This document shows positions 51,225 through 60,419 of a stretch of 64,000 nt of DNA, one piece after another. Source of the DNA: an uncultured delta proteobacterium (lineage in GTDB: Bacteria; Myxococcota_A; Polyangia; Polyangiales; JAFGIB01); contig CAVZVA010000005.1 of NCBI GenBank assembly GCA_963778655.1, positions 816,679 through 880,678 of the forward strand, read 5' to 3'. The position numbers were made by a program, and so were the translations under genes. Numbering within the stretch: the stretch's first letter is position 1; the number at the start of each line of letters is the position of its first letter. Below the pieces are notes generated by a model, which did no database searches, had not been told where the DNA came from, and was given only the letters and a program-made list of their open reading frames with translations.

Positions 51225-51307
51225 AGCCAAACCCTATAGCGCGCGGACGTCGAGGTGCCAGGGTCAGGGTCCATCTGGGCTCCGGGCGCTATCGCGCTGG
51301 TTCGACA

Positions 51308-51688
51308 TCAAGCAATACCCCCCATTGCCGAGCCGCCGGCATCGGTCACGCGTACGCGGGTGCGTTCGGCCTCCCGCGAAAACGTGATGCTCGGCAGGAA
51401 CACGTCGATGCGCATTCCGTCCCAGCGGCCGACGAACATGCCGCGCTGCCGGGCTTCCTCCACGGCCATACCCGGGATCTCGATGCCGAGCTCGGCGAGG
51501 ACCGCAATCGCATCGGGGACGGCCTGCTCCGACACGAACACGTTGACATCCACGTCCGCGGTGCCGCGCGGGACGCCCGCGATTGCGAGCGCCAGGGCAC
51601 CGCCGATGGCATATGACATGCCGGCGTCTTCCAGCGCCGTCGCGATGTGGCGCGCCGCATCGGTCGCGCTGCGCTCAGCGATGCTCAT
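51308..51688 (-). pseudogene. Nucleotidyltransferase (possible toxin-antitoxin type), apparently 3'-truncated
   Basis: YAIGGALAL...PRGTADVDV and RIDVF; ends at 126 aa without the expected helical K...R.KD segment. Confidence 0.6.
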
Positions 51689-51929
51689 GCCCCCACCCCG
51701 AGGCGCGCCGTAGGCGCTCCAGCGCACGCAGCGTGCTCTCCGGAAGCGGGTCCACCTGGTCGAGGATGCGACGCGGCATCCCGCTGGCGCGCGCTGCCCA
51801 CATCGCGTCTCGCGCACAAGCCTCTGCGAGGCGCCAGCGCTCAGTCGCGGTCGTCCCCCGCCACTCCTTCACCTCCTCGAGGACCGAGGCGACGTCGTCG
51901 GTCACCCAGCCAGGCAACTCCGTCGGCAC
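51675..51929 (-). CDS. Small helical protein coupled to the nucleotidyltransferase (possible antitoxin)
   Basis: About 84 aa from GTG (VPTELPGWV...ERWRLAEAC...DPLPEST), overlapping the next gene by 14 bp. Confidence 0.5.
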   Translation of the reverse strand: MPTELPGWVTDDVASVLEEVKEWRGTTATERWRLAEACARDAMWAARASGMPRRILDQVDPLPESTLRALERLRRASGWGHEHR

Positions 51930-52184
51930 CTCGCAAAGGTACCAGGTCGCCGACCACCCCGCCCGAGAAGTGGCTGCTTCGGAGGCCGCCAACGATTCAC
52001 GTGAATCGCGCTCGGCCTGGCGCACCTTCTCCCGCGCGGCCACCAGGCCGATGCCGCCCACCCGGACAAAGCTCAGGCTCACCGTCGAACACCCTTCCCG
52101 TATACTGCGCTTCCGTTCAGTTGTCAACCCGGGATCCAGGCGTCGCGGCGAGCCCGTCCCCCAGCCGCAGCCCCGCTTCGCCCG

Positions 52185-53225
52185 TCACGGGGACGCGGGC
52201 ACGCACACCGATTCGTCGTTCAGGTCGCGGCCGTGCTGCCAGCAGCGGTAGCCGTCGCGGCAGCCGGTGGCGGCGGTGCAGACGCCCATGCACAGTCCGC
52301 CGGTCGTTCCTTGCCAAATGCACTGACCGTCTGCACCGCACTCCTCGTCGCGTGAGCACACTTGCGTGCAGTACCCGCCGGGCGTCGGCGACGTGCCGTC
52401 GCCATTGAACGCAAACGCAGGCAGCTCGCTCACGCACGAGCCCTGCGCGCCGCCGCAGTCGCTGTCGCTGCTGCACGGTTGTCCGGCGCTGTGATCGGGT
52501 AGCGGGGTGGGCGCGGGATAGCAGGCGTCGAAGTTAGGCCCGATGTTGACGCAGCGGTAGTGATCGCGCGTGCACTCCGCATCCGAAAAGCACGGCTTGT
52601 AGCAGTATCCGGCTTCGCCGCTGCCCACGAACACCAGGCACGCACCACCCGCGCCGCAGGCTTCGTCGTCGAGGCAGCGCGCCGTGCAGTAGTTGCCGGG
52701 AAACGCAGTGCCGATCTGACTCGTGGCGGCGCACTGCCCGCCTGGGCAATCGTCGTCCGTGCTGCAGCTCTCGCCGACGCGGCCGTCGCTCAGCTTGCCG
52801 GTCGCAGGTTGCGGTTGACACGTGCCCCTGACGTGTAGCACGGCCAGGCTGGACTCGCCCACGCACCAGTACCCGGCGCGACACGCGCTGCTCTTGTCGC
52901 AAGTGGCCAGGCATTCGCCGAGCTTCGCGCCGCTCGGGACACTGCACTCACCGCTCGCGCCGCACTGCGAGTCTCGAGCGCACTCGAGCGTGCAGTAACC
53001 GTCAGGCGTAGGCTCGGCTTGATTGGCCGCGAACAGATGCAGCCCATGGCTGCAGCGCCCGCCCGCGCAATCGGAATCGCTCTTGCACGCTTTGCCCGCG
53101 GTGTGATCAGGCAGGCTGGGCTCGCCGGCGTCTGGTGTCGCGCCCCGGATCTCGGCGCAGGCGGCGAGCTGCAGCGCACCGCACAACAGCGCCAGCAGGC
53201 GGCGTTTCCAATCGAGCGTGTTCAA
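52185..53225 (-). CDS. Cys-rich repeat lipoprotein
   Basis: LQLAAC lipobox; three units of GxxCxxDxDCxG...C...YCTxxCxxDxxCGAxGxC. Confidence 0.82.
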   Translation of the reverse strand: MNTLDWKRRLLALLCGALQLAACAEIRGATPDAGEPSLPDHTAGKACKSDSDCAGGRCSHGLHLFAANQAEPTPDGYCTLECARDSQCGASGECSVPSGAKLGECLATCDKSSACRAGYWCVGESSLAVLHVRGTCQPQPATGKLSDGRVGESCSTDDDCPGGQCAATSQIGTAFPGNYCTARCLDDEACGAGGACLVFVGSGEAGYCYKPCFSDAECTRDHYRCVNIGPNFDACYPAPTPLPDHSAGQPCSSDSDCGGAQGSCVSELPAFAFNGDGTSPTPGGYCTQVCSRDEECGADGQCIWQGTTGGLCMGVCTAATGCRDGYRCWQHGRDLNDESVCVPASP

Positions 53226-53262
53226 CCTCGCCTCCGTGAGTCGCGTCGATGGGGTCGCGCCG

Positions 53263-54366
53263 TCATTCGAACTTGCAGGGAACCGGTAGATGCGTGAGCG
53301 CGCCCCCGTCGCGCATCACTCCGTAACAGGTCGGGTCGCCGCTGAGCCTTTCGAGCGCGTGCACCAAGTCGAGACACATCTGGGCTTGGTCACCTTGCAT
53401 CGCGCAGCACGCCTCGAGCTGGGCACATGGTCCGTTTGGAGAGGGCGGAGCCGCGCACGAGATCTGATCAGTGCAGAACGAGAACACGCACGGGCGCACG
53501 TCCAGTTGGCATTGCCAACAGGCGTCGTTCATCGTGCAGTCGGAAGCGGCGGCGCAGGCATCGCTGCCCTGCGAGACGCAGGCCAGGAAGTCCGAACACT
53601 GGGCGACGCACGCGTCGAGCTGGCAATGCTCACTGGCGCAGCTGGCCAGCGCGGCGGGATCCGGGCACGTTTGCATGTTGTCGCGCACGAAGCTCTGGCC
53701 CAGACATAGCCCTGCGATCTGCGCGCGCGCTTCGACGCTCGCTCCGCCGCCGCCACCCGCGGCCGGCGACGACGGGATGTCCGGCGCGGCGCCGATCACG
53801 CCGCAAGCCCGCGGCGTCGAGCCCGAGCTGTCGAACACCGCCAGCGCGTGGCCGACGATGTTGGAGTCCGCCGGAGCACCGATCGTCCAGGGCTTCGGCT
53901 CGGCGTTCGGACGCGAGTAAAACGCGCGACCAGCATTACTCACAAAGCCTGTGCACGCGCTGTCCGTGATGCCTTCGCCCCGCGCGCCATCCCAGTGTGC
54001 GCCGCGCAGCGTGGCCGCGCTGCAGTCTCCGCCCTGCATGATGAATACCGCGTACGGCTGCTCGCTGGCGCTGCAACCGACCTGCGTCAGCGACATGTCC
54101 ACGCTCACCGCGTTTTGCGTGAACGTGGCACTGCCCGTCACGGTCACGGCGCCGCCGTCGGCGGTCGCTATGGCTGAGAGGGTGGCCACTGCGCTCGCGC
54201 CGATGTGCGACGGCGCGGGCGCACCCGCAGCACCCGACGCGCCCGCGTCTTCGTTTTGTTGGTAGCCGTGCTGGCGAGAACACGCGCTCGTTGCCGACAG
54301 CGCGAACAGGGCGAGCAGGGCGGCGAAGGGCAAATGGGGACGGTCCGCGATACTTCGATAACCCAT
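53263..54366 (-). CDS. Lipoprotein with Cu/Zn-SOD-like domain (metal His missing) and Cys-rich C-terminus
   Basis: Lipobox-like ATSAC; VTGSATFTQ, GDCSA, WTIG...NIVGHALAV...RACGVI; HxHxH replaced by YAVFIM. Confidence 0.6.
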   Translation of the reverse strand: MGYRSIADRPHLPFAALLALFALSATSACSRQHGYQQNEDAGASGAAGAPAPSHIGASAVATLSAIATADGGAVTVTGSATFTQNAVSVDMSLTQVGCSASEQPYAVFIMQGGDCSAATLRGAHWDGARGEGITDSACTGFVSNAGRAFYSRPNAEPKPWTIGAPADSNIVGHALAVFDSSGSTPRACGVIGAAPDIPSSPAAGGGGGASVEARAQIAGLCLGQSFVRDNMQTCPDPAALASCASEHCQLDACVAQCSDFLACVSQGSDACAAASDCTMNDACWQCQLDVRPCVFSFCTDQISCAAPPSPNGPCAQLEACCAMQGDQAQMCLDLVHALERLSGDPTCYGVMRDGGALTHLPVPCKFE

Positions 54367-55585
54367 GTTTCTCGCTTCCACTCCATCCCTCGCCAGCACG
54401 CGTCAGGTCTCCTGCACGTCCACATGATACCGCACCGGTAGCGCATCGGCCGTGGCCTTGGTCTTGGTGCGCGCACGTGGGCGGCGGCGACCAGAGAGCA
54501 GCGCCGTCAGCGCGCTCGCTTGCTCGTCGAGCTCTGCTGGCGTCGTCATCGCCCGACCGTAGTGGTAGCTCACCACCCCGGTGTCCAGGCCCAGGGCGCG
54601 TGCCAGCTCCACTTGCTGGCCGCCGTACTCGTGCAGCCACACCCAGATCGCCAAACGCTTGGCCTGCGTCGGACCCCTCGCCCGCGGACGCTCCTGAAGC
54701 TCGATCGGGTCGACATCCAACAGCTCCAGCGCCGCGTCGATCACCTCGCGCACGCTGGGCCGACCCACCGGACCCGCGCGCCGCTCCGCGCCGCGACCCG
54801 ACAGCGCCGCCTTGACCTTCTCCGCGTCCGCGGTCACCCGCCCCACGAACGCTTCGCCACCCAGGATCCCATCGCTCATGCGATACCCGTCACCTAGCGC
54901 CTTACGCACCGCCGCCGCCTCCCCGGCGTCCGCGGAGCCACTCAGCTCCGGGCGCCGCGGCTCTTTGCGGCCCTCGTCGACGAACACATCGAGCTTCGCC
55001 GCCGCACGTACCGGGTCCCGACCGAAGCGCTCCAGCACGTAGCCCATCCGCAGCCACTCGGGTGCCACCGCGCGTCCCACGTACGCCTGATGGCTCGACC
55101 ATGCGCTGGCACGCGCCGCTCGCACCAAACCCGCTCGCACTGGGTTGTTGTGCACGTACCGCACCAACTCCAACAGGTACTGCTCGCGATCAACTAGCAG
55201 CGTCCGTGGCCGCCCCGCGAACACTGGACCCAGCGCCTTGTTGCCCCGCCAACTCCGCCGAGCCCAAGTCGCGAATCCCGTGTGCACCGATTTCGTGAAG
55301 TGCTCGAGCGGGGCCTCGCCCTGAACCAGCACAAGATGCACGTGATTGGACATCAAGCAGTACGCCAGCACCTCCGTGTCGCCGCGTCCCACAGCCTTCC
55401 CAACCAGCTCCATGTACGCCTCTCGTGCACCCGCTCGGTCCAGCCACCACTGGTCCCGCGCAAACCGCGACACCACATGGAACACCCCTCCAGCCAACCT
55501 CACGCGCGCAGTTCGCGGCATCCAGCACCTCGCCTACCACGGTCCCCCCACCAACACAACAATCGATATATCGAGGACCGTCCCC
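54336..55585 (-). mobile_element. RAYT-like element bounded by 24-bp imperfect inverted repeats
   Basis: GGGGACGGTCCGCGATACTTCGAT (54336-59) versus reverse complement of 55562-85 GGGGACGGTCCTCGATATATCGAT, 21/24 identical. Confidence 0.75.
54403..55521 (-). CDS. rayT: REP-associated tyrosine (Y1 HUH) transposase with C-terminal HTH
   Basis: MPRTAR...FHVVSR, AYCLMSNHVHL (HUH), LVRYVHNNPVRAGLV (catalytic Tyr), WSSH; C-terminal ELARALGLDTGVVSY. Confidence 0.92.
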   Translation of the reverse strand: MPRTARVRLAGGVFHVVSRFARDQWWLDRAGAREAYMELVGKAVGRGDTEVLAYCLMSNHVHLVLVQGEAPLEHFTKSVHTGFATWARRSWRGNKALGPVFAGRPRTLLVDREQYLLELVRYVHNNPVRAGLVRAARASAWSSHQAYVGRAVAPEWLRMGYVLERFGRDPVRAAAKLDVFVDEGRKEPRRPELSGSADAGEAAAVRKALGDGYRMSDGILGGEAFVGRVTADAEKVKAALSGRGAERRAGPVGRPSVREVIDAALELLDVDPIELQERPRARGPTQAKRLAIWVWLHEYGGQQVELARALGLDTGVVSYHYGRAMTTPAELDEQASALTALLSGRRRPRARTKTKATADALPVRYHVDVQET

Positions 55586-55590
55586 CTCCA

Positions 55591-55926
55591 TTCCTCGACA
55601 ACGGCAACATCGAGGCGACCAACAACAGGCGTGAGCGTGAGCTGCGGCGCCTGATCCTGGGTCGCAAAAACTGGCTCTTCACTTGGCTCGACGTCGGTGG
55701 TGAACGCACCGCCGCGATCCTCACAATCATCGCCACCTGCATCGCGCACGACGTCAACCCGCGCGCCTACCTGCATCTGGTCCCCAAGCTCATCGTTGGC
55801 GGATGGCCGCACAGCAAGCTGCGCGAGCTGCTGCCCGACCGTATGCTCCTCGCCCATCCCGAGCTCTACGCCGGCGAGCGCGATGCGCTGCCTGCTATGC
55901 CTCACACTCCGCTCTTGCCTGCCTGA
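55591..55926 (+). pseudogene. tnpC: IS66 transposase C-terminal remnant
   Basis: FLDNGNIEATNNRRERELR...GRKNWLF...AAILTIIATC...VNPRAYL...ELLP; starts at the RAYT element end. Confidence 0.88.
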
Positions 55927-55944
55927 CGGTGGGAGCATGGTGTC

Positions 55945-56394
55945 TCAGGGCCGACCAGCTCCGGGCAAAGCCTTCGGCTCCTCGCCCTCGGGAGCTTCGC
56001 TCACGTCCCCGTGGATCGCCTCGCGAACCACGCGTTCGGTGATCTCCGACAGGTGTTTCGTCAGCTCTTCCGACAGCGCGAGGAACTCGGGCCACAGCGT
56101 CTGATTCTGGAATGTCTGCGGCGCGAAGATCACCACCGTGCTGTAGCGCTGCCGCCGCCTGCGGTACGGTTTGAGCCCGTAGCGCCTGCACAGCGCCAAA
56201 AACAACTTCCGTGTCCAGGGGTCCGGCAACGTGTATGTGAACTCGATGTCCAGCTCTCGCGTGCGCACCTCCGCCAGCCGCGCGCGGATGCGCTCGGCTG
56301 CCAAGCGCGTCGCCTCGCGCTCGCCCTCGCTCGTAGCCCCGGCGTGCAGCGCCTCGATCCTCCGCAGCTTCTCTTGCAGCGTCGCTTCGTCCAT
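55945..56394 (-). CDS. Hypothetical protein, apparently cargo inside an IS66 end
   Basis: 149-aa ORF (EKLRRIEALHAGATSEGER; DPWTRKLFLALCRRYGLKPYR); a GTAA-type IS66-like end follows at 56469-56489. Confidence 0.7.
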   Translation of the reverse strand: MDEATLQEKLRRIEALHAGATSEGEREATRLAAERIRARLAEVRTRELDIEFTYTLPDPWTRKLFLALCRRYGLKPYRRRRQRYSTVVIFAPQTFQNQTLWPEFLALSEELTKHLSEITERVVREAIHGDVSEAPEGEEPKALPGAGRP

Positions 56395-56489
56395 CGACGC
56401 CGCACACTACCGGAACTGCGTCGCGGTCGGCAGCCCGCCCGACTGCCCCGCATCCGACGGCGTCAAGACGCCCATCGTGGACGGGTTAC

Positions 56490-56711
56490 AGAGAAGCGCC
56501 TCTCCGTCACCGAGGTCGCCGCCACGCTGTACACGTGCTCGAGACCGCCAAACTCCACGGCCTCGACCCCGCCAAGTACCCGCTCAAGGCGGTCCGGGCC
56601 GCCGACCGCGGCCAGGCGCTCATGCCCTGGGACTTCGCGGCCGCGGGCTGAGCCGCAGCTTGCTCGCGCACGCCCGCGATTCCGCAGAAACGGGGCGCGG
56701 CAGACACTTAC
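56490..56711 (+). mobile_element. Second IS66 remnant (frameshifted tnpC tail and right end)
   Basis: TEVAATLYT / LETAKLHGLDPAKY...LMPWDF in two frames; terminal ...GCAGACACTTAC (reverse complement begins GTAAG). Confidence 0.7.
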
Positions 56712-56817
56712 CGTCCTCACGCCGTTCGGGCCCGATGATCGCATCAACCCCGCTCCACTACGCGATCGCTCCGGGGCGAGCGAAATTTAGGTTAATGTTG
56801 CCTACCGCCAAGAACCT

Positions 56818-57222
56818 TCACTTTGCACATCTACAGCAGTAGGACGCAATGTTTGACGGAGTTGGGCCCGAAACGGGGACACAGTCGAGCATTGAGTCCG
56901 GCGCTGGCGGCCTCTGCGTCAATCCCACAGCCACCTCACAGTCGAGCTCAAAGCGATTGGGGGGACACTGCGTCGTGCATGTAGCCATGCCACCGACAAC
57001 TCCACCGTCATCTAAAACTGTTGCTCCCTTCGGAACCTCGCAGACTTGTCTAGTTGAGGAGGGATGACAACCGTTGTTCGACGCGTCCGCGGCGATTCCT
57101 GGGGGCATGGCGCATTGCAACTGCGTCGTTGCCGCCGCGGCAGGCGTCGACGACGCACCACAGCCCACTCCATGCAGCAGAGCAACGAACACCAGGCCTC
57201 CGTACCACATTCGTTCAGCCAT
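56818..57222 (-). CDS. Small Cys-rich lipoprotein
   Basis: Lipobox-like HGVGC; ends YCCRCAK. Confidence 0.6.
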   Translation of the reverse strand: MAERMWYGGLVFVALLHGVGCGASSTPAAAATTQLQCAMPPGIAADASNNGCHPSSTRQVCEVPKGATVLDDGGVVGGMATCTTQCPPNRFELDCEVAVGLTQRPPAPDSMLDCVPVSGPTPSNIASYCCRCAK

Positions 57223-57277
57223 TTTCGCGAACCTCCCGCGCTACAAACGGACCCTGCGCTATCCACTGGGCTGTGCG

Positions 57278-58399
57278 CTATTGCCAAAGCACAGCGTAGT
57301 TTCCCACCGACGGATCGTTTCCCGCCCAGATGCCCCAAGAACACGTTGGTGTGTTGCTTCCAATCCAGTTTGTCGATGTTGGGTTATACGCGAGCGTGTT
57401 CTGCTGCTGCGTATATTGGGGCCCTGTCCACAGCCCAATCCCAGTGAAGAATGTATAACTCGGCATCTGATTGCATGTAGTTATAGGATGGGCTGCATCC
57501 ACTTCAAATATGGAAAGAGCGCCCCAGTCGAAGCGGCAAGACGTATTTTCCCACAAGGATGCGTACGCTCCAGTGGTCACGTCAAGCATTTCCACGAGAT
57601 ACTTACTGCAGTGTGTTCCGCACGACTGAGTCGCTACGATGTATGTCTCGAGTGTGTCGCCCGCACTGACATTCACCAGCGCGGAGTGGAACTGGCCAGA
57701 CCAACTCCACGACCACGCTCCGATCGTCCAGCGCTGACCTCCGCCAGCTGGGCTTGTGCCCCACTGCAGAACAGGCTGGATGATTCCGCAGTTCGAGTCT
57801 AGGCTCGACTCCAGGCCTGGAAAGTAATATAGGGTCTGTGGTGTCGTTTGGCTCGGCGCGGCCGGCACCGTTATGTAGCCGGAGAGGTTGGTATAAACCT
57901 GACCAGATGGCGCCCACTGACTCGTGCCTTCAACCCAGCCCCCATAGGTTGGCCCGCTTCCATTCGAGAAACCAAGCCGGCCCTGGACGGTCCCATTCGG
58001 CACGTGGGCCTTGTATGCAGGATAGGCACATGGTTGGTAGTGCTCAACTACTTTGCCATCAAGCAGTACGGTCTGGGCCTCCTCGTCTATCGTGGCCCCG
58101 TTCGGGACTTCGTGCACACACGACGGGTGAGCCCAGCCGCCTGGGACAAAGGAATAGTCCGTTGGGATCGACGACGGGGTGCTGCTTCCGGAGCCTGCCG
58201 CGGGGCTTGCAAAAGCCCCGGCAGTCCCTGCAGCATCTTCCGTGAGAGCTGACACAGAAGCGCGCGCTCGGTCGCCATCGCGCGATTCAGGATTCGTAGC
58301 GGACTCGTGCGAGTCTACTGGAGCCGCACAGGCGATCAGTAGTAACAGCGGAAACAGAATCAGATACCACCTTCGTTCAATACTTGTGGTCTCGTGCAT
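57278..58399 (-). CDS. Secreted or lipid-anchored beta-rich protein, possibly glutamic-peptidase (G1/neprosin)-like
   Basis: LLLIAC; pro-region PGGWAHPSCVHEVP; YYFPGLE...IIQPVLQWG...AGGG..W; IFEV; visibly lower GC than the flanks. Confidence 0.55.
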   Translation of the reverse strand: MHETTSIERRWYLILFPLLLLIACAAPVDSHESATNPESRDGDRARASVSALTEDAAGTAGAFASPAAGSGSSTPSSIPTDYSFVPGGWAHPSCVHEVPNGATIDEEAQTVLLDGKVVEHYQPCAYPAYKAHVPNGTVQGRLGFSNGSGPTYGGWVEGTSQWAPSGQVYTNLSGYITVPAAPSQTTPQTLYYFPGLESSLDSNCGIIQPVLQWGTSPAGGGQRWTIGAWSWSWSGQFHSALVNVSAGDTLETYIVATQSCGTHCSKYLVEMLDVTTGAYASLWENTSCRFDWGALSIFEVDAAHPITTCNQMPSYTFFTGIGLWTGPQYTQQQNTLAYNPTSTNWIGSNTPTCSWGIWAGNDPSVGNYAVLWQ

Positions 58400-58502
58400 T
58401 CGCCCCTCCGGATTGTTAGCGCGCGTAGAGATTCCAAGTACGAGCCTGTCGCTGCCAAAGCTAGACTACAAGCAGGAAAGTGTATTCGTTTCAGGAACTT
58501 TG

Positions 58503-59264
58503 TTACGGCGAGTTGCCAAGAGGTCGTGACGGACCTACCTCAACGATTCCGAGCCCATAGCCGTCACTCCGAACCGTCACGATCTGCTTGCCGGCCTCAC
58601 CGCAGCAGGCGCGCAGCGCGGATATGGCCCGCGCGGAGTTCCTGCTATCCGGCTGCCAGATTGTTTTGAAAATGGCCTCGTGCAGCTCGGCATGACTGCA
58701 AACGCGTCCGGCGTTTTGGACCAGATAAGCGAGGATACGTATATGCACAGTTTGGAGTTCAAAGACCTCGGCTCCGTTCACCCATACGCGCTGTCTGACC
58801 GTATCGACACGGAACGGACCCCAGGCCGCTGAAAGCGCAGTTTGCGAGCGCCGACCTGCAGCTCGAACGCGCGCGACGATCTCTTCGGCATGCCCGGGCT
58901 TGACGATGTAGTCGTCGACAACGCCGCGATCGAGTGCGGCCGCCCGGTCCGCAGGGTCGGAATAGCCACTAATCATCACGATGCCGATCTGGGGCCACCG
59001 GGGACGCACCATCTTCGCGAGTTCGAGACCATCGATCTCCGCATCACGCAGCCGCCAGTCGAGCAGCAAGACATGATAGTCGTTCGACTCGACAGCGCCG
59101 ATCGCCTCCTTGGGGTTGGCCGCGAGATCAGTGTGCACACCATGCATGCGAAAGAATCTCGCGATGCTGCGTCTCGCAACCGGGTCGTCGTCCACGAAGA
59201 GCGCTCGGAGAGGCGCGACGTCCGTGCCCGAGCCGCATCCTGATGTTGTGCCAGATTGTGCCAT
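58503..59264 (-). CDS. OmpR-family response regulator
   Basis: LFVDDD, LLLDWRL, MISG, DDYIVKP; winged helix ILAYLVQNAGRV...IVTVRSDGY. Confidence 0.88.
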   Translation of the reverse strand: MAQSGTTSGCGSGTDVAPLRALFVDDDPVARRSIARFFRMHGVHTDLAANPKEAIGAVESNDYHVLLLDWRLRDAEIDGLELAKMVRPRWPQIGIVMISGYSDPADRAAALDRGVVDDYIVKPGHAEEIVARVRAAGRRSQTALSAAWGPFRVDTVRQRVWVNGAEVFELQTVHIRILAYLVQNAGRVCSHAELHEAIFKTIWQPDSRNSARAISALRACCGEAGKQIVTVRSDGYGLGIVEVGPSRPLGNSP

Positions 59265-59487
59265 GGGCCCTCCTCCCGTGGCTCTTGTGCCTTCGGTCGA
59301 AGAGTAAGCAAGGTGTGTACCAGGGTCTATGGTCAATCAGGGTCAATCAGCTCAAAGCCTTGGATGCTCTGGGTTGGCCCTGCCGCAGAACTCCCCCGAC
59401 CATCTTTTCCAGAGCCTCCGCACTAGCTCGCAGAATTTGCTCTCAAAGACAATCTCCGCGGTGGGTCCTGCGAACGTGGTTAATTGC

Positions 59488-59860
59488 GGCTCTTCCGCAG
59501 AATCTGTGGGCGTGAAAGTGAGTGGACGGGCGGCGGTGCGCGGTTGGCAGGCAGCGGGGCGCGCAGTGGGTTGAGGCGAGCGGAGTAGAGCCGCAGGGGA
59601 CGCGCTGGTGAGCAAGGACCCATCGTGCGAGAAGTCCGGTTGCTAGACCAAGGATCGCTCACACGATGCACATCGAGTCTATCCTGCGCCGGCTGCAACC
59701 GCAGCGTGGTTTTGTCTACGCCAAAAGCACAATGGGCCGGAAGTCCGGGCCGCCTGGGTTCGACAGCCACTTTCGCCCGCGCAGGGGAGCGCGCGCGATC
59801 TGCTCGGGGTGCTTCAAGAAGCATCGGGGCTACGACGAGCTCGGCACGCGGCACTTCGAT
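59488..59860 (+). mobile_element. ISL3-family remnant (left end and 5' transposase fragment from 59666)
   Basis: GGCTCTTCCGCAGAATC end at 59488; MHIESILRRLQPQRGFVY...RPRRGARAICSGC...GYDELGTRHFD, then homology stops. Confidence 0.75.
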
Positions 59861-59882
59861 GTTCGTGACGATTCGGGGCCCC

Positions 59883-59963
59883 GCGATCCGCGTCCAGGCT
59901 GCACGCGACGGCAGACCTTCTGGGCACCTAGCGTCCGGAGAAGCTCAACCTCTTCGACGCCCC
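59883..59963 (+). repeat. Degenerate inverted copy of 60658-60740 (fragment of the second Y1 transposase)
   Basis: GCGATCCGCGTCCAGGCTGCACGCGACGGC...GAGAAGCTCAACCTCTTCGACGCCCC aligns with the reverse complement of 60658-60740, with substitutions and two 1-bp gaps. Confidence 0.8.
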
Positions 59964-60419
59964 TCGCCACCGAGTCCCTCGCTGCGATCTACGGGCGGTA
60001 GGCAACATTAACGCGCGCCCTGAGCCTCGCCCGATCCCCGGTCCAGTGCAGCGGGTCCCAGATCCGGCCCGGCTATGGACGCAGCCGGGACACCTAGCAG
60101 ACCGCGGAAAAATGGTGCTGCGGCGAGGTTCGTTGCCCTGATCGGATAGCTGCGGCAGCGAAGGGTGTCAGGAAGGGGTTTCTGGCCCCGGGGGTACCTG
60201 CCCCAGGTTGATGCGTGGGGGAGGACGGCCGGACAGACGTCGGGTGGGCGGCGGGACGTGCTTGGGCGCCGATCGGGCGCGGTCGCGGGTCCCGGAGGGT
60301 GCAGAATCGGCGCACGTCGTGCGGTGAAGACGTAATGCTGCAATTGGCGACGCGCGCAGGACGGAGTTAACCATCCGCGCGCGCCGCGCGAGCCACGAGC
60401 GTCGGCGATGCGGCTGTGG

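Noticed and set aside
55282..55926. 214-aa ORF as a complete gene
   Set aside because: The first half is antisense to the RAYT gene; only 55591 onward is IS66 sequence.
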